Made by a program: the position numbers and the translations under genes. A DNA stretch of 64,000 nucleotides from Vicugna vicugna (taxonomy: Eukaryota), in NCBI GenBank assembly GCA_013265495.1, contig MU058221.1:1240001-1304000 (forward strand), in the 5' to 3' direction. How positions within the stretch are numbered: the first letter of the stretch is position 1; each line of letters opens with the position of its first letter. Below the pieces are notes generated by a model. That model was not told the origin of the DNA, ran no database searches, and saw only the letters and a list, made by a program, of their open reading frames with translations. This document shows, piece by piece, positions 1 to 12,433 of the stretch.

Positions 1-57
1 TAATTCATATATTAGTGGTAATTTTTTATGATGGCAATTTAAAAAAAAGCAATATAG
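1..57 (+). mobile_element. 3' end of a MaLR (MLT1-type) LTR
   Basis: 'gtggtaattttttatgatggcaattt...aatata' resembles the MLT1 LTR 3' terminus and runs directly into a MaLR internal-region start. Confidence 0.6.
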
Positions 58-1044
58 ATTTTGGTATCAGAAGTGAGGTCTATTGTGACAAATGCCTAAA
101 AAATATAAAACTGGCTTTGGAAATGAGCAGTTGGCAGGGACTGGAAGAACTCTGATGAACATGACAGGAAAAGCCCAGAGTTGCTCAAAGAAAATGTTAG
201 GAGTAACATGGATGTTAACAAATCTGCTATCAAGGGCTACAAAGGAATTGAGTAGCATAACAGGAAATCTAATTGCCTTAGAGATAACCTAAATTATCGC
301 AGACAGACTCTTCATAGAAATATAGACATTAAGCTGCTGCTGGTCTGGTCTCAAAAGGTGAGCAGCATATTAATGGCAAATGGCAGAAATTTTAATGGAA
401 TTGTGTCTTGCAGTTTTACGTAAAGCAGAATTTGTAAATAAATTTGGATATTTAACCCAGGGTGCATCCAAGCAATGTACTGACACTGCGATCTGGTTTC
501 TTCTTGCTGCTTCTAGTAAAATAAAATCACAGCAAGGGAACGATTGTAAAAAAAAAGAATAACCAAGACCTGGTAATTTGGCTGATCCCCAGCCTGCTCA
601 GACAGGAAAGACATTAACTGAAGAGATTCAATGTCAGGCAAGCATACCCTAGAGTAAAAGACACATGTTGAACCCTACATCTCTTCTCTTAAAACAGGGG
701 AAGACCGAAAGCTACAGTAAGCAGGCACGACAGATTCAGGGTATGGTTCACAAACCCCAAGTGTATTAGTTCCAGCGTTTTCAGCAGAAGGGAAAGACAG
801 AGCTGGACCTATTTCAGCAAGATGTGTGAATGTGCCTCTTGTCTAATTAACTGAATTCTTGTGAAATATAAGGGAGACCAACAAAGTTCTTAAAAATTGC
901 ACATCAGCAGAAACACTGCCAACTTGGACTGAAAGGGAAAGAGAGGGCACAAAATGAGAGAAGGCTATTAGACCCCCAGATTTCTACTGGCTGGAAGCTG
1001 GATAATAAATCTACTCGGCTGTAAACATGCGCTATTTTTCCTGA
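58..1044 (+). mobile_element. MaLR internal sequence (MLT1-int-like), decayed
   Basis: Starts 'gattttggtatcagaagtg...acaaatgcctaaaaaatataaaactggctttggaa', the typical MLT-int opening. Later 'ctactcggctgtaaacatg' matches the distal part of MLT-int. No intact ORF. Confidence 0.7.
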
Positions 1045-1591
1045 AGTCATAATCAATATTTGTGATTCAACACATTTGTTTAGGTTCCAAGTGAATTATA
1101 AACATTTACCTTGATTTGACGTGTCTCGTTGAGGACCCCGGCTCCTGGCCACAAATCTGTATGTAATCTTTCAAGCCTGACCACAGGCAGTTGCAAAGGC
1201 TTTATCTGGCATATCTCACAGGGTGAGAAGCTGCCCTTTTTACAAAAGACTTGGTGCACAGCCAGTGCATCCCAGTTTCTGAAGGTGGCTGCAGGCAAGG
1301 ACTCAGGCCCCCAGCTGACCGTGCTTTGATGCACGTCTGAAGTCCCAGCTCAGGCACTTCCATTCCAGACCTCCATGCTGGGGCCCTCAGCAGGGGGCTT
1401 TCTCAGGCACGTCTGCTAAAGCCTCCTTCTCAGATGGACGTAGGAAACCATGAGAACACTTTTTATCTGCTCTGACTCTACACTTTTTCACTCTTAGCCC
1501 TTACCTCTCTTTCTCCTCCCAGCCCCAAGTTCCCTAAGACTACAAGGACTGTTTTTTTCAGGGCTCCCTCAACAGTGAGACCATTTCCTAC

Positions 1592-2172
1592 CGAGATGGG
1601 AAGCCCCATGAAAAAGCTGCCAGGACCCCCAGGCAGGGCCACTACTTTCCAGTCAGCATCATTCAGTTCCCTGGCCTGGAGGCGTTATCTCGCTTTTTGC
1701 CTCTGAAACTGCTTGCTTCTAGGAAAGCGGAACTTACCCCTAAGATACTATTGGTTCCCTGGGCTAACTCCTGATTGGTCCATTTGTAGCACCTCATTTC
1801 CATGGAGCTTACTCCTGATTGGCCCATTTCTATCACTCCTGATTGGTGCATTTCTATCACTCTTGATTGGCCCATTTCTATCACTACTCATTGGTCCATT
1901 TGTACAAAGATCATTCCTAATTAGTCAACTTTGTTACACCGTATTTGCATACGATGTTGCAAAATGTTGCAAAGTCTTGACTGGTAGCCTATAAAAGCCT
2001 GTGTAAACTTACAGATGGGGCCCAGAGCTTGGAGTGTTAACTCCTCTGGGCCTGCTGGCGTAATAAACCTGAGTTCTCCAACCCTCCGAGTGCTGCTTGG
2101 TCTCTCGCCTGGATCCAGGTTGCTGTCACAACGGAGCTGTAACACTGAGCTGTAAGATACTTTGCTGCAACT
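1592..2172 (+). mobile_element. ERV1-class solo LTR, younger lineage-restricted family, copy A
   Basis: Flanked by a 4-bp TSD, ctac (1588-1591 and 2173-2176). Ends are cg.../...ct, decayed from TG...CA. TATA-like 'ctataaaagcc' at ~1989 and AATAAA at ~2063. Clearly homologous to 30238-30585. Confidence 0.85.
1811..1902 (+). repeat. 24-bp tandem repeat (about 4 units of actcctgattggcccatttctatc) in the LTR U3 region
   Basis: Units are read directly. Partial extra units lie at ~1767 and ~1914. The overlapping chance ORF shows the repeat as LLIGPFLS. Confidence 0.9.
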
Positions 2173-2877
2173 CTACGTCTGTGCTCATCCATCTGCCTGT
2201 GACCAGTGCCACTCCATGAGGAAGAATGGACCAGTGTAGAAGCCAGCGCTGTCTCCAGTTTAGCCCCTTGCCCACTCTACATAGTAAATGATTAAAGGCT
2301 TGACTGTTACTTCCATTCTGTCCTGTCTTAGTCAGCTAGTTTGACAGCTTCAGCTCAGCTGTAACTCAGCTCAATTCTTACCATTTGGATCTCTTATAAC
2401 ATGGACCCATATGGCACAAGGAATATGTCAGCGTTTTTCCAGAAAAAAGAAATTTTACAGGCCGATTTTTTTGTCCAAAAAGTGATAAGAAGAGAAACTA
2501 ATAAAATTACAGAAGCTATCAAACATGTTGCAAAATTAAATACCATCCAATTGATATGATTTTCCAGTGAAGTGTGATAATTATCAAATGGCTTTCAAGT
2601 TTACATGAACTGGCAGTTACAGTTCTATGAATTTTCCTAAGGAATTAATGGTTATTGGCAAATACATCGCTAAAGTTTATTTATTCAGTGTTGCTTATGA
2701 CATTACAAGAGTGAGACGGACTACATTGCAGTTGTTTGAATAAAGATGTAAATAAATACATGTACATATAAAATGCATATTTTATAGTAATATATACAAT
2801 GCAACAGCAGTTCTATTTTATGAGACTGACATTCTGCCTGCTGCACTAAGAAGGCATTTAGCAGTTTTATTTTTAAA

Positions 2878-2962
2878 ATAGGTAGATAGATGAGATAGGT
2901 AGATAGGTAGAAAGAAAGAAAGATGGCAGATAGAAAAATAGTTGATAGGTAGATGTTAGATA
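2878..2962. repeat. Degenerate (GATA/GGTA/GAAA)n simple repeat
   Basis: 'taggtagatagatgagataggtagataggtagaaagaaagaaag...' read directly. Confidence 0.8.
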
Positions 2963-5900
2963 AATCAATGTGAAAAGGCTATACAATAGTATGCCCTTTA
3001 AATATTTTCTATCCCTGTGTTATTGGGTTATTTTCTGTTTTATTTTTCAAATTATCTACAGTAAAAAGTATTTCTTTGAACCTGAAACTAAAAGACTTTT
3101 AAAAATTCAAAATAACTAAAAACTTAAAGGCTCTTTGGTCCAGATCCTCAAACTGCGGAGACATCCAAAAGTCTGTAAGTAATTCATTGAAAAAAAACTT
3201 TGCACCTTAAAGTCTAGGATCAGCTGGCTAAATGGACCAAACTCTCCAAGCTGCAGTCTCCTTCATCACGTCAGTATCCACCATGACATTCACGAGATAC
3301 CTGGTCTGAAACTCCAGTCACCCATCAGCAGTCTCCACCTTTAGGTAATTTTCTAGGCCTTTTTCTAGTCTAACATTAGAATTCTTCACAAAGGAAAGGA
3401 GTCCTATCCAGATTTGGGTAGAATCCCACAGCTTAATCATGGACTCCCAATCCACTTCCGTGACTTGCCTGCTGACTGGGATGGGAGACACCTCTTTGCT
3501 TAGACCTCTCCTTAAGCTGGGGAGAGCCCTTGTTAATAAGACCATGAAGGGAAATGAAAATCTCATGAGCTTCTTGTTCTCAGTATTGTGACGTACGGGA
3601 AATACGTGAGCCAAAAATGCATCTAGAGATTTTCACATTGAGAAGTTTCTTTTTTAATGAATGGATTGATTTTATTCATAGTAATATTCATCAAGTTGTA
3701 TCCTTATCTACTTAAAGGGAATTAACTAAAATAAATTTCTGAGAATTTTACTTTTGCTTGCTTTTTTTCAAGTATTTTACACGCATATCTGTATAGTCAT
3801 CTATCATTTGGGCATCACACCCATTTGCACCAGTTAACCAACAGATTATGGTTATGGTAAGGACTGGGGAAGACTGACTTTCTTTAAGTAAGATAATGCA
3901 ATGATGCATTGAACGAAGTTATTTTCTTTTCAAAATGTGTCCAACCCATTTGTAGAAGCATCTGTCTAAACAGAAGAGAAAATCTCATTATGCAGACAAC
4001 AAATGCTATTTTCTGTCCAGTCAATATGAGGATTGATTCTCTATGCATTAAGCCAAATGATCACTTTTACAAATTAATTTTCTATAAAAACTAGATTTTA
4101 AAAATCAATCAAAAGATTTCCAGGATGAATATCTTTTTTTCATAGATGTTCATACAGAAAAAATAATACCTTATTTATAAAGACAGCAAAAAAAAATCCT
4201 TTAATCTGGTCTAGTCAGTAAAATATTTAAAGCATTTCTACAGCACTTTAATGAGAATTACCCTCACACTGTTTTCATGGCTTGCCTTATTTTCACAGAT
4301 ATAACAGAAAATCTAAACGTCTTGTAAAAAGATATTTCTTGGGAATGGAAAAGTAACATTTCTTCCAGGAATTACATTTTCCACAAGAATTAATGGAAAT
4401 GGTAATTAACTTAAATTAATATAATACTAAACTCTTTTCAAAAATGTAATGCTCATTAACTAAAAGAATAAAATGATCAAAGACTCCATGAGAGTTAACA
4501 GTGTCCAACTGTGTATAAAATTTCTTCTGTTGGTGTCTGTGCATGGGTGAGTTATGTGAGTTTTATCTGTTAGTGTTTTTGAGCAATGGTAATTAATATA
4601 TGTGAACACCTCCCTAATTTCTATAGTGTGAAGTGATTTCTGAATGGTGCCTTGACTTCAGCCTTGATAGGAGAAGAAATTAATACTGAAAATAAATAAT
4701 TTATAATTTGAAAGGGAACTACTCATAATAAAAAGAAAAAGAAATGCATCTAATTTGTTCATTACAATGATCAAACATAAATATTTAGGAAAGGCAATAA
4801 AGCTTACTTTACTTACTTATCAGAGATGCTTAAATATATTTAAAACGTTTACGCATGCAATCAAGTCCATGCATATATATTTTGTATACTATATATCCTA
4901 TTTGAATATTTTTTAAACATAGAATAAAAACATATTGCCTAATTTTTTATGTTTATATGGATATAATTTATATGTAAGTTTAAAACAGTTATTTGGACAA
5001 GATGCAGATGAAAATTAAAGGCATTATTTTTATTAACATATGCCTTTTACATTTGCTTTTAATTTAACAGCAGAATAATGCCAAACCAACAAATAGGTTC
5101 TTCAAAATAAAAACAATTTTTTCTGTATATATAGAGAGAGACAAAAAATATTTATTAATTTTAATTAATTATGTAATGTAGTTAAAAAAGAATGTTCCAT
5201 TTATAATAAAAATTAGACATTCTAGAATTTCACCCACATTTAAATATAGCTGTGATGAATGGAGAAACTGACAAGGCCTACGACAAGGTTTTGGGAGGGA
5301 GAGAGAAAAAAAATCCAGATTTACTGATTTCACCCCAATAGCAAAAGCGTTCTTTTTGCCAAGGTTAGCTGACATAAGCCAAAAAAATAAAGTAAAATAA
5401 AAATGCAATAGCCATAAATCCACCTTGAGCAAGAACGATTGTCTCTTTCAGTTGTTACAGTATATTTTAGCAGACTTTTTAAAAACTGAATTTTGCAGGA
5501 AACCTGGACATAGATGTTATGTTTACATACTTTCCTTCTGCTTGGCTGCATATGTTAAAAGACTTCAATAGATTAGGACTAGAAAACCATTTTTAGAAGA
5601 CCCTGTCTAAGTGTACCCTGTTATGCTGCCAACACTAAAATTTTGTATGCCATTCACCACCTCGTGTTCTCTTCCAAGAAGAAAGGATTTTTACCAAGTG
5701 AATGAGTCTAACACATACTATTTATCATTTTTGTTAAATCATGTTTTTTTTTCTTACTTACTATTTTCTTTGCATATATGATAACATGGTCTAAATTTCA
5801 GTTCCTCCAGTTAGGAAATTATCTGGGAAACACCATCTTTTGAGAAGTAGAACTAATCTTTTTTTGAAGAGCTAGACGTGTATCAATTTATAGAAGTAGT

Positions 5901-6684
5901 CCTTCCCTTTGAAATCTTTTGTTGCTTGGGTGATATTCAACACGACAGTGAATAAACTGTGCATCCAGACGTGGAATATGAATTTAAAATAACAGCATAT
6001 TGAATAATTACTTTAATATAACCTGACTATCTGAGAAAGTGAATTGATAATCAGTTAAGAAAATGAGTTTTCAGGATGCACAAAAAACAAATTGAAGAAG
6101 GAAATACACCACCAGTGTGTCCTTGACTCTGCCAGAGAGAAGGGGCACCTCCCTGGAAAGCAGAAGAGAATATTCTGGTTAGCTCGGCAGGCTGGCTGAG
6201 CAGAAGGGGGCGGGGAGAGGAAGGTGGGGGCTGGACAATCAGCTTAATGACTGAGGTCATTTTACCTCTTAGCTTTGAGTTGACTTAGTCCAAATTTTTG
6301 ACAGTAAAGTGACCAAACATTTGGGCTTTTCTACAGAAGAAACAATTCAATTCAAACCAAGCCAAAGAACGTCTGTCCGGCACTGTGCCAGGTGAAGTGA
6401 GAGCTGCTAGGTTTTTAATGGTAGCTGTTGGTTGTATTGTTGGGCTATAAAGTGGAGCTCACGGTTTGGTGCAGGCGAACAGCAATCTGGAATGCAGTTA
6501 ATAATGTGATAAGTGCTCGCAAATGAGGTGCTGAAGGAGCAAAGAGGATTAATTCTGTTTAAAGTGCAGAGAAATATTTCACAAATAAGGTGGTAAGTCG
6601 ACTGGGACCTAACTACTGAGCTGAATCTTGCCATGAAGACAGAAGCTTTCTAACCAAAAGAAAGAAAATACAGCATCTTTTTTA

Positions 6685-6812
6685 AACCATCGCAACAAGT
6701 CTCTCAAGTATTTGTCAGCCCCATTTTGCTGACCAGATCATTGAGGCTCAAAGTCTTTGTTCAGGTTCCCATTCTGAGCAAGGGTTAAAATGAGGTTTCA
6801 ATGCATTTCTGT
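6685..6812 (-). mobile_element. MIR SINE fragment
   Basis: 'ccccattttgctgaccagatcattgaggctcaaag' resembles the MIR core (cccattttacagatgaggaaactgaggctcagag). Confidence 0.5.
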
Positions 6813-7072
6813 TTATGCCAACTACAATCTTCTTGAGACTTCTGTTCTTTCAGTTAAAAATTCCAGCAGATAAATGGCAATAGACTTGAAAACTAGAAGA
6901 TGGATTCAGTATAATTTCCTCCGTGGCCTCCAGTCCAGAGTCCGTCTTTGCTAAAACCTCATTCTGATCCCAGATACTCATCCCCAGAGCACAGAAGCTT
7001 CCACCTGCTTTACCCTCAGCAAAGTCTTCTACTGTGACCTTCCTGGCCTAGGGTCATCCCTCCTCTGTGAAA

Positions 7073-7700
7073 TAAATTTACTGAGGTATGACTGGCAAAT
7101 AAAAAGTATATATATTTAAGATATACATGATGTCATGACATATGTCTACTGTGAAATGACTACCATGATCAGGCTAAGTGACACATCCATCACTTCACAT
7201 ACTTGCCATTTTGTGCATGGCGGTGCGCGGTGGGGGAGGCGGGCAGGGGTGGTGAAAACACTTGAGATTTACTCTCAGGCAATTTCAAGTATACAGCACG
7301 TTATTAACTATAGTCTCCATGCTGTACGTTGTTTCCAGAATTTATTCATCTGTATCTGAAAGCATGTACCTTTTAACCTATCTTTTCCACTTGTCTGAAC
7401 CCCCAGTCCCTGGTAACAGCACTCCTTCTGCTACTATTAGTTTGCCATTTTTAGATTTTGCATATAATTGAGACCAGGTACTACATACCTGGCTTCTTTC
7501 ACGTAGCATAATGTCCTCCAGGTTTATGCATGTTGCCATAAGCAGCAAGATTCCCCTTTTTAGGGCTGAAAATACTATTTTGTGTATACACCACATTCTC
7601 CTTACCCATTCGTATTTTGAAAGGCACTTAGGTTGTTTTCACAGCTTGACTATTATGAATAATATTACAATAAACATGGGGGTGCAGATGTGTGTTCAAC
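7073..7700 (-). mobile_element. L1 3' end fragment (L1MA/L1MB-like)
   Basis: 'tttactgaggtatgactggcaaataaaaag...tgtgaaatgactaccatgatcaggcta...cttaggttgttttcacagcttgactattatgaata' is the reverse complement of the L1 3'UTR and ORF2 end. ORF 7378..7596 resembles the ORF2 C-terminus (ATCINLEDIMLRE). Confidence 0.85.
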
Positions 7701-9518
7701 TCTGTATTTTTTGTAGTGACGGTTGTTTCGCTTACTGACCAGTTCATGAGAGACAGTAATGCCCTCTGTTTCCAAGCACCGTATTTTGTGAATGTCCGAA
7801 AGAGGAGGAGGGGAGGAAGGGGGGTAAAGAGAGAGAATGAAAGTAAGACACACTGAGCAATATAGAGCTAAAAAAGAAAAAAGAGATATAGCTTAAATTT
7901 TCCCTCTGTAAACCAATTAAAACTCTCATAAATATTTCTCACTAAATACATTATAAAAATGACATCTGACTTCTGGCTGAAACATAATTTACCTCTGCAG
8001 TGTGTGCAGCAGGCAATTAAAATGCAGAACAATTAAAAGGCTACTCAGTCCTTGGCCAATACGCTGTTTCACCAGATGTTGATTACGAGGGTCAAAATAG
8101 TGAATTATGTCTGCGGGTTGCACTTGATTTCTCTAAATCCTTTGGCTCCACATTACATTTCTCCCTGTGCTTTATTTATTTTCCTGTCTTGGCATCAGGC
8201 ATTCCCTAGACATTCATTATGCCACTGCGACAAATGAATGTAATTGATAAATGAAGTATGGCTTGCCATTGCTCCCTTTCCATCCATCATCTGGATCCTC
8301 TAGTTCTGAATGCGGCCGGAGAGCTGCATTTGTCATGATTCCCCGGTGCTCCCAGTGATGGCTACATCATATACTGATCTGACTAAATGTATTTAAGCTG
8401 CTTTATCTTTTAAACAACAGGTGGGATTACACAGTAATGTAGAAAAATACACTCCTGACTATGAGGAGAAATTTTCAAAAACTGAAACAAATGATGAAAT
8501 CATCTCTCTTTACCTCATTTTTGTTCCCAGCATACTTTTTTTAAGAATTCATTTGCAGAACTGCTCAGTGACCATTTTTATTCCAAATAAATTACTTGCA
8601 TAAATTTATTGCAGAATTAATCACGTTCATTGTAAATAGTGCTGTCAGATAAAATGTAGGGCACCCAGATGGATTTGATATTCAGCTGAACAATGAATAA
8701 TCATTTACTACAAGAATGTCCCAGATAATGTATGAGACATACATATAAAAATATCTGTTATTTATCTGATAATCAAATTTAACTAGGTGTCCAATATTTT
8801 TACTTTCTGGAATATTTCCCTGTAGGTTAGCTTGACTGTATTTTTCTCCTTTGGAGAATGAAGTCAGGCTCTTTTTCTTCCTAATTGTTGCTTCTAGGCC
8901 ATTTTTTTCCTTCTCAAAAAATCCAATAAACAAAAGAGAAAAAGAAAAAATTGTAAACACGTTTCCTGTAAGCTTTTCCTCCCACATAATTTTTTCTGAC
9001 CTGGATGAAAGTTCAAAGCAGTCATTTTAAATTCAATACCTCATTCTTATCGTGTTTTATTCTTTGATTTGGTTCCTTGCCTTACCACCTTCATTCTTTG
9101 ATGAGTTCATGAAGAGTCATTAATTTGCAGGATGGGAAAGAGTGACGTCTTTCCAGGTCTCTATGTCACCGTGCTGAACCTGTGGTGTATTGCTTTAATT
9201 CACACCAGTAATTTATGTAAGTGCCTGTATTCCCAAAAGGTTGTCAAGAAAAAAATGCCCTCAAACTTTTGGATAATGCCCGTCTGGTAGGAGAAAAATG
9301 CTTGCTGTTGTTTTGTTTAGGTTCACGTTAAATTTATAAGTGAACACAAATTAAAATGAGATTTTCGGCATTTAATCTCCTCATGTAAAGACTCCCCTCC
9401 TTTGCAAAGGTATTCCCTTCCTATCCAAGATCATAATCATCTTAACAAGGGGTCTCTCCATAAATCAGGAGATTTATGATCCACGGGGAAATTTTCCTTG
9501 TCTCCCCAACACGTGGAT

Positions 9519-9862
9519 TGTTACAGGCTAGTATCAATGAAACGTTGTGATGGAATAGGTAAGTCGTCTACCATTCTCCCAGAAACAGCTAACATGTGAG
9601 TGGCATCAGGTGAGGGCCCAGGGTGCAAGCAGGTTTCGTGTTTATCCATCAGTGGCAGATGATCTCCGCCTTGTGTACCAGCAGGACACAAACCATGGAG
9701 ATCTATTGGGTCTACCCTGAAATATGGGCAAGCCCTGCCCTCTTGCACCAGTAAGGTGGTCATCCAGGTCCCTTGCCTTCCACTCGGTCTTTGTTATGAA
9801 CATGCTGTGAAGTCCTATGGTAACACCTGGCAAGCAAGTGCGTAATTCCCCGTGTTGGGACA
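9519..9862 (-). mobile_element. Probable short solo LTR (ERVL-like, about 345 bp)
   Basis: GC-richer block with TG...CA ends (minus strand tgtcccaacacgggg...agcctgtaaca). It appears inserted in old L1-like sequence. No clear TSD. Confidence 0.4.
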
Positions 9863-9949
9863 CCTAGAAATGCGGAATCGTCCTGCCAGACCTGACCACG
9901 CCTTTGTAAAACTGTAAATACTTCAGTTCTCTCCTTCTCGCCTAGCTTT

Positions 9950-10180
9950 ACTGTTTCCATTTCTTCTTCCTACGCTCTGCCAAAGCTGCAAGAAGTAATG
10001 TGGTCTGTCCTTCCTCGGAGACGCTTGCCACTCTTTGGAATTCAGTTTACACGACTGCTTTGAGAATTCAGTGCTCTGATAGACTTGAGTAATTGCAATG
10101 TTTACATTTATTCACATTCCCCCCTTATTATTAGAGTGGCATTCCCATGTGGCTTTCTGTATCCCCAGTGGAAGCAGAAC
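9950..10180 (-). mobile_element. Ancient L1 5'-region fragment
   Basis: 'gaattcagtttacac...cagtgctctgatagacttgag...ggctttctgtatccccagtggaagcagaa' resembles old L1M 5'-end sequence. Confidence 0.4.
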
Positions 10181-11129
10181 ATTAATTTCATGTATTTTTT
10201 TAAGTTTTAATCTTCTCATATATATTTGGATTTCATTTCTCGCTTATATATTTTTTTCTTCTCTGTTATACTCTGAGCTGAATTACCTGGCAGCACTCTC
10301 TGTGCCTTTAATGCCTTTAACCACCTTTAATGACAAGACCACTTCCTCACTGCTGGACTCTTTTTCTACAAACATAGTGCTCATTATTGAGGTAAGACTT
10401 TGGGGATACCAGCCATGTTGGATTTTTCCAAAGCAAGCACACTTCTTGTGTCACACCTAGAATTAAGGAGATTGTGTGCACTATTTTGCTACCATGCTTT
10501 TAAGGATTTCAGTAATGAACTCTGATTCACATCTGTGCCGAACAGTGCAAGTGGCTTGTGTCTGTAAACCTTGCCGTGATGTAGTCTTTAATGAGTTTGT
10601 CCAGGCACCTTCCATTTCATTGATCTCTCAAATATGTTTTCTTTGATTCTGCTTATTATTTCTTAGAGTTCATCTGTGCTGATTTTTAAACTACCTTAGT
10701 GGTTGGTATTATTATAATATTACTATAATGTATTAAGTTCAATTACTTTATTTTACTTAACACTCGCTTCTACTTCCATGTTTTCTTATGTATCGGTTCT
10801 CTGTAACCTGTCTTTTTGGCCCACCCTAAGAGAAAAAGGAGTGACTAATCTGACTGGCGAGTTATGTGGACGACTGGGTACAGGCAGCCCAGCATTACAG
10901 AACAGGAAGTGTGTAGGAATTCCCGGTGGGGTGAGACACGACAGGCAAGTAAGTTAAATTAGATTAATAAAACAGTGAAGTCTGACCGAGCTGACCAAGC
11001 CAACTCAGCCGTAGTCAAACGTATTCAGCTTTGTTTTTTCTCCAACTGTCTGACTTTTGTCTCTTTCAGTTTGCTCAGAATTCCAGCAGAGAACAAAATG
11101 ACGTTCTTTGGCTGAATGAATAAGGAGAA

Positions 11130-11403
11130 AGTGCTAATTTCCCAGGTCCAGGTCTAGGCCTTAGGAGGCTTGAATTCTGCTAAATAGTAACGCCCTCTGC
11201 AGCAGTCGCCCGCTTGCCTGAACACCCATGGGGGGCGCCAACCGTCTCACCTCAGTTAAATCCAAGCGAGAAGTGGAGCCACCCAGCGGAACCTCCCTGG
11301 GGCAGCCAGTTCCCGGCTGACCTGGAGATCCGTGAGGACACAGGGCTGCAGCTTTCAGACGTGCTGTCGTGTGCAGTGTTTCTGCAGCAACAGCTAATCG
11401 ATG
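11130..11403 (+). mobile_element. MLT1-type MaLR LTR fragment
   Basis: The 3' part 'ggctgacctggagatccgtgag...gtttctgcagcaacagctaatcgat' matches the MLT1 LTR terminus pattern (gcagcaatagctaactgatac). Confidence 0.55.
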
Positions 11404-11944
11404 GGTGAGACTCTATTTACTGGCCCCTCTGAATTCCAGTGTCTAAAGCGTGGGTCCAACACCATGAAACAGATAAAGGCTGTTAATAGGCATCAAATGC
11501 TAAAATCAAGGTTTAGGTCATTTGCTATAGCACAGAGAAGAGATCTTGCAGATTTTTTTTTCGTTTTAGTGTAGAAATATGCAACAAATGCACAAATGCT
11601 AAGTATATAGCTCAGAAAATTATTACCATGTAAACACTTCCTTAGTCATGAAGTGAAACCTCACTAGCATCTTACTCCTCCCTCCCAGAAACGGCAGAAA
11701 GGATGGCACTGGAAAGTGTGATATCCGAGGAATTAAAATGTTTCGGAGTTCAGATTCGAACATCCATGGATTCAAACACAAAGGCAACTGTGAGCTAAAA
11801 AATACGGAACTCTCTTTTCAAGCCACATTCCTAAAATGGTTTCCATATTAATGTTTTTCAATCCCTTGTTATAAAAAGGGAAGGGAGAATGTCAATTAAA
11901 AGGTATTCCCTGGGTTACTGTTACACACTTGGCATGATTCCAGA

Positions 11945-12433
11945 TGATAATAGGGAGGAAAAACCTCTGACTCCATGTTAGATGTGCTCCTTTGACGCTA
12001 ACCCTGTGCTGAGTCACGCTGGCTCTGCACCTTTTGTGAAAGAACTTGCCTTTAGCCTGAAACAGACGGGAGAGCCTGTTCTCAAGGCCCTGACCTTTAA
12101 GGGTTTAACACTTTTCCATTCATTTAGAGATAAAAAGTTGTAGAATAGAGAATAACATTGTCTTGGAAGTTTACAGGAACTTTGACCTGACCTACGTGGA
12201 CAGCTGCAAGAACAAAGGATTCTGACACCAAGAATTTTGTAACAACCAACCACACCCCCTTCCCTTTTTAATATAAAGGGAGGCTGAATTCTGACTCTTG
12301 TAAGATGGTTCCCTAGGGCATTAGTCCCCCATTTTCTCAGTCTGCTGGCTTTCCAAATAAAGTCGTTACTCCTTGCCTAACTTCATTATTGGCCTGTCAT
12401 GCAGTGAGCGGAATGAGTTTAGACTCAGTAACA
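11945..12433 (+). mobile_element. ERV1 solo LTR, MER41-like cetartiodactyl family, copy A
   Basis: Starts tgataataggg and ends cagtaaca. Has TATA-like 'atataaaggg' and AATAAA at ~12356. Shares long blocks with 19442-19861 (ctgactccat, cgtggacagctgca, caaccacacccc). Confidence 0.8.

Larger units (their letters stand above)
1045..2383 (+). mobile_element. Old ERVL-class solo LTR (MER54/MER73/MER74-like), interrupted by a younger LTR at 1592-2172
   Basis: The 3' end 'agtaaatgattaaaggcttgactgttactt...cagctcagctgtaactcagctcaattcttacca' resembles this LTR group. Length is about 750 bp once the nested insert is removed. Family name is from memory. Confidence 0.5.

Noticed and set aside
1766..1925. 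Regularly spaced 24-bp repeats superficially like a CRISPR array
   Set aside because: They are head-to-tail with no unique spacers and lie inside a mammalian LTR. No cas genes are present.
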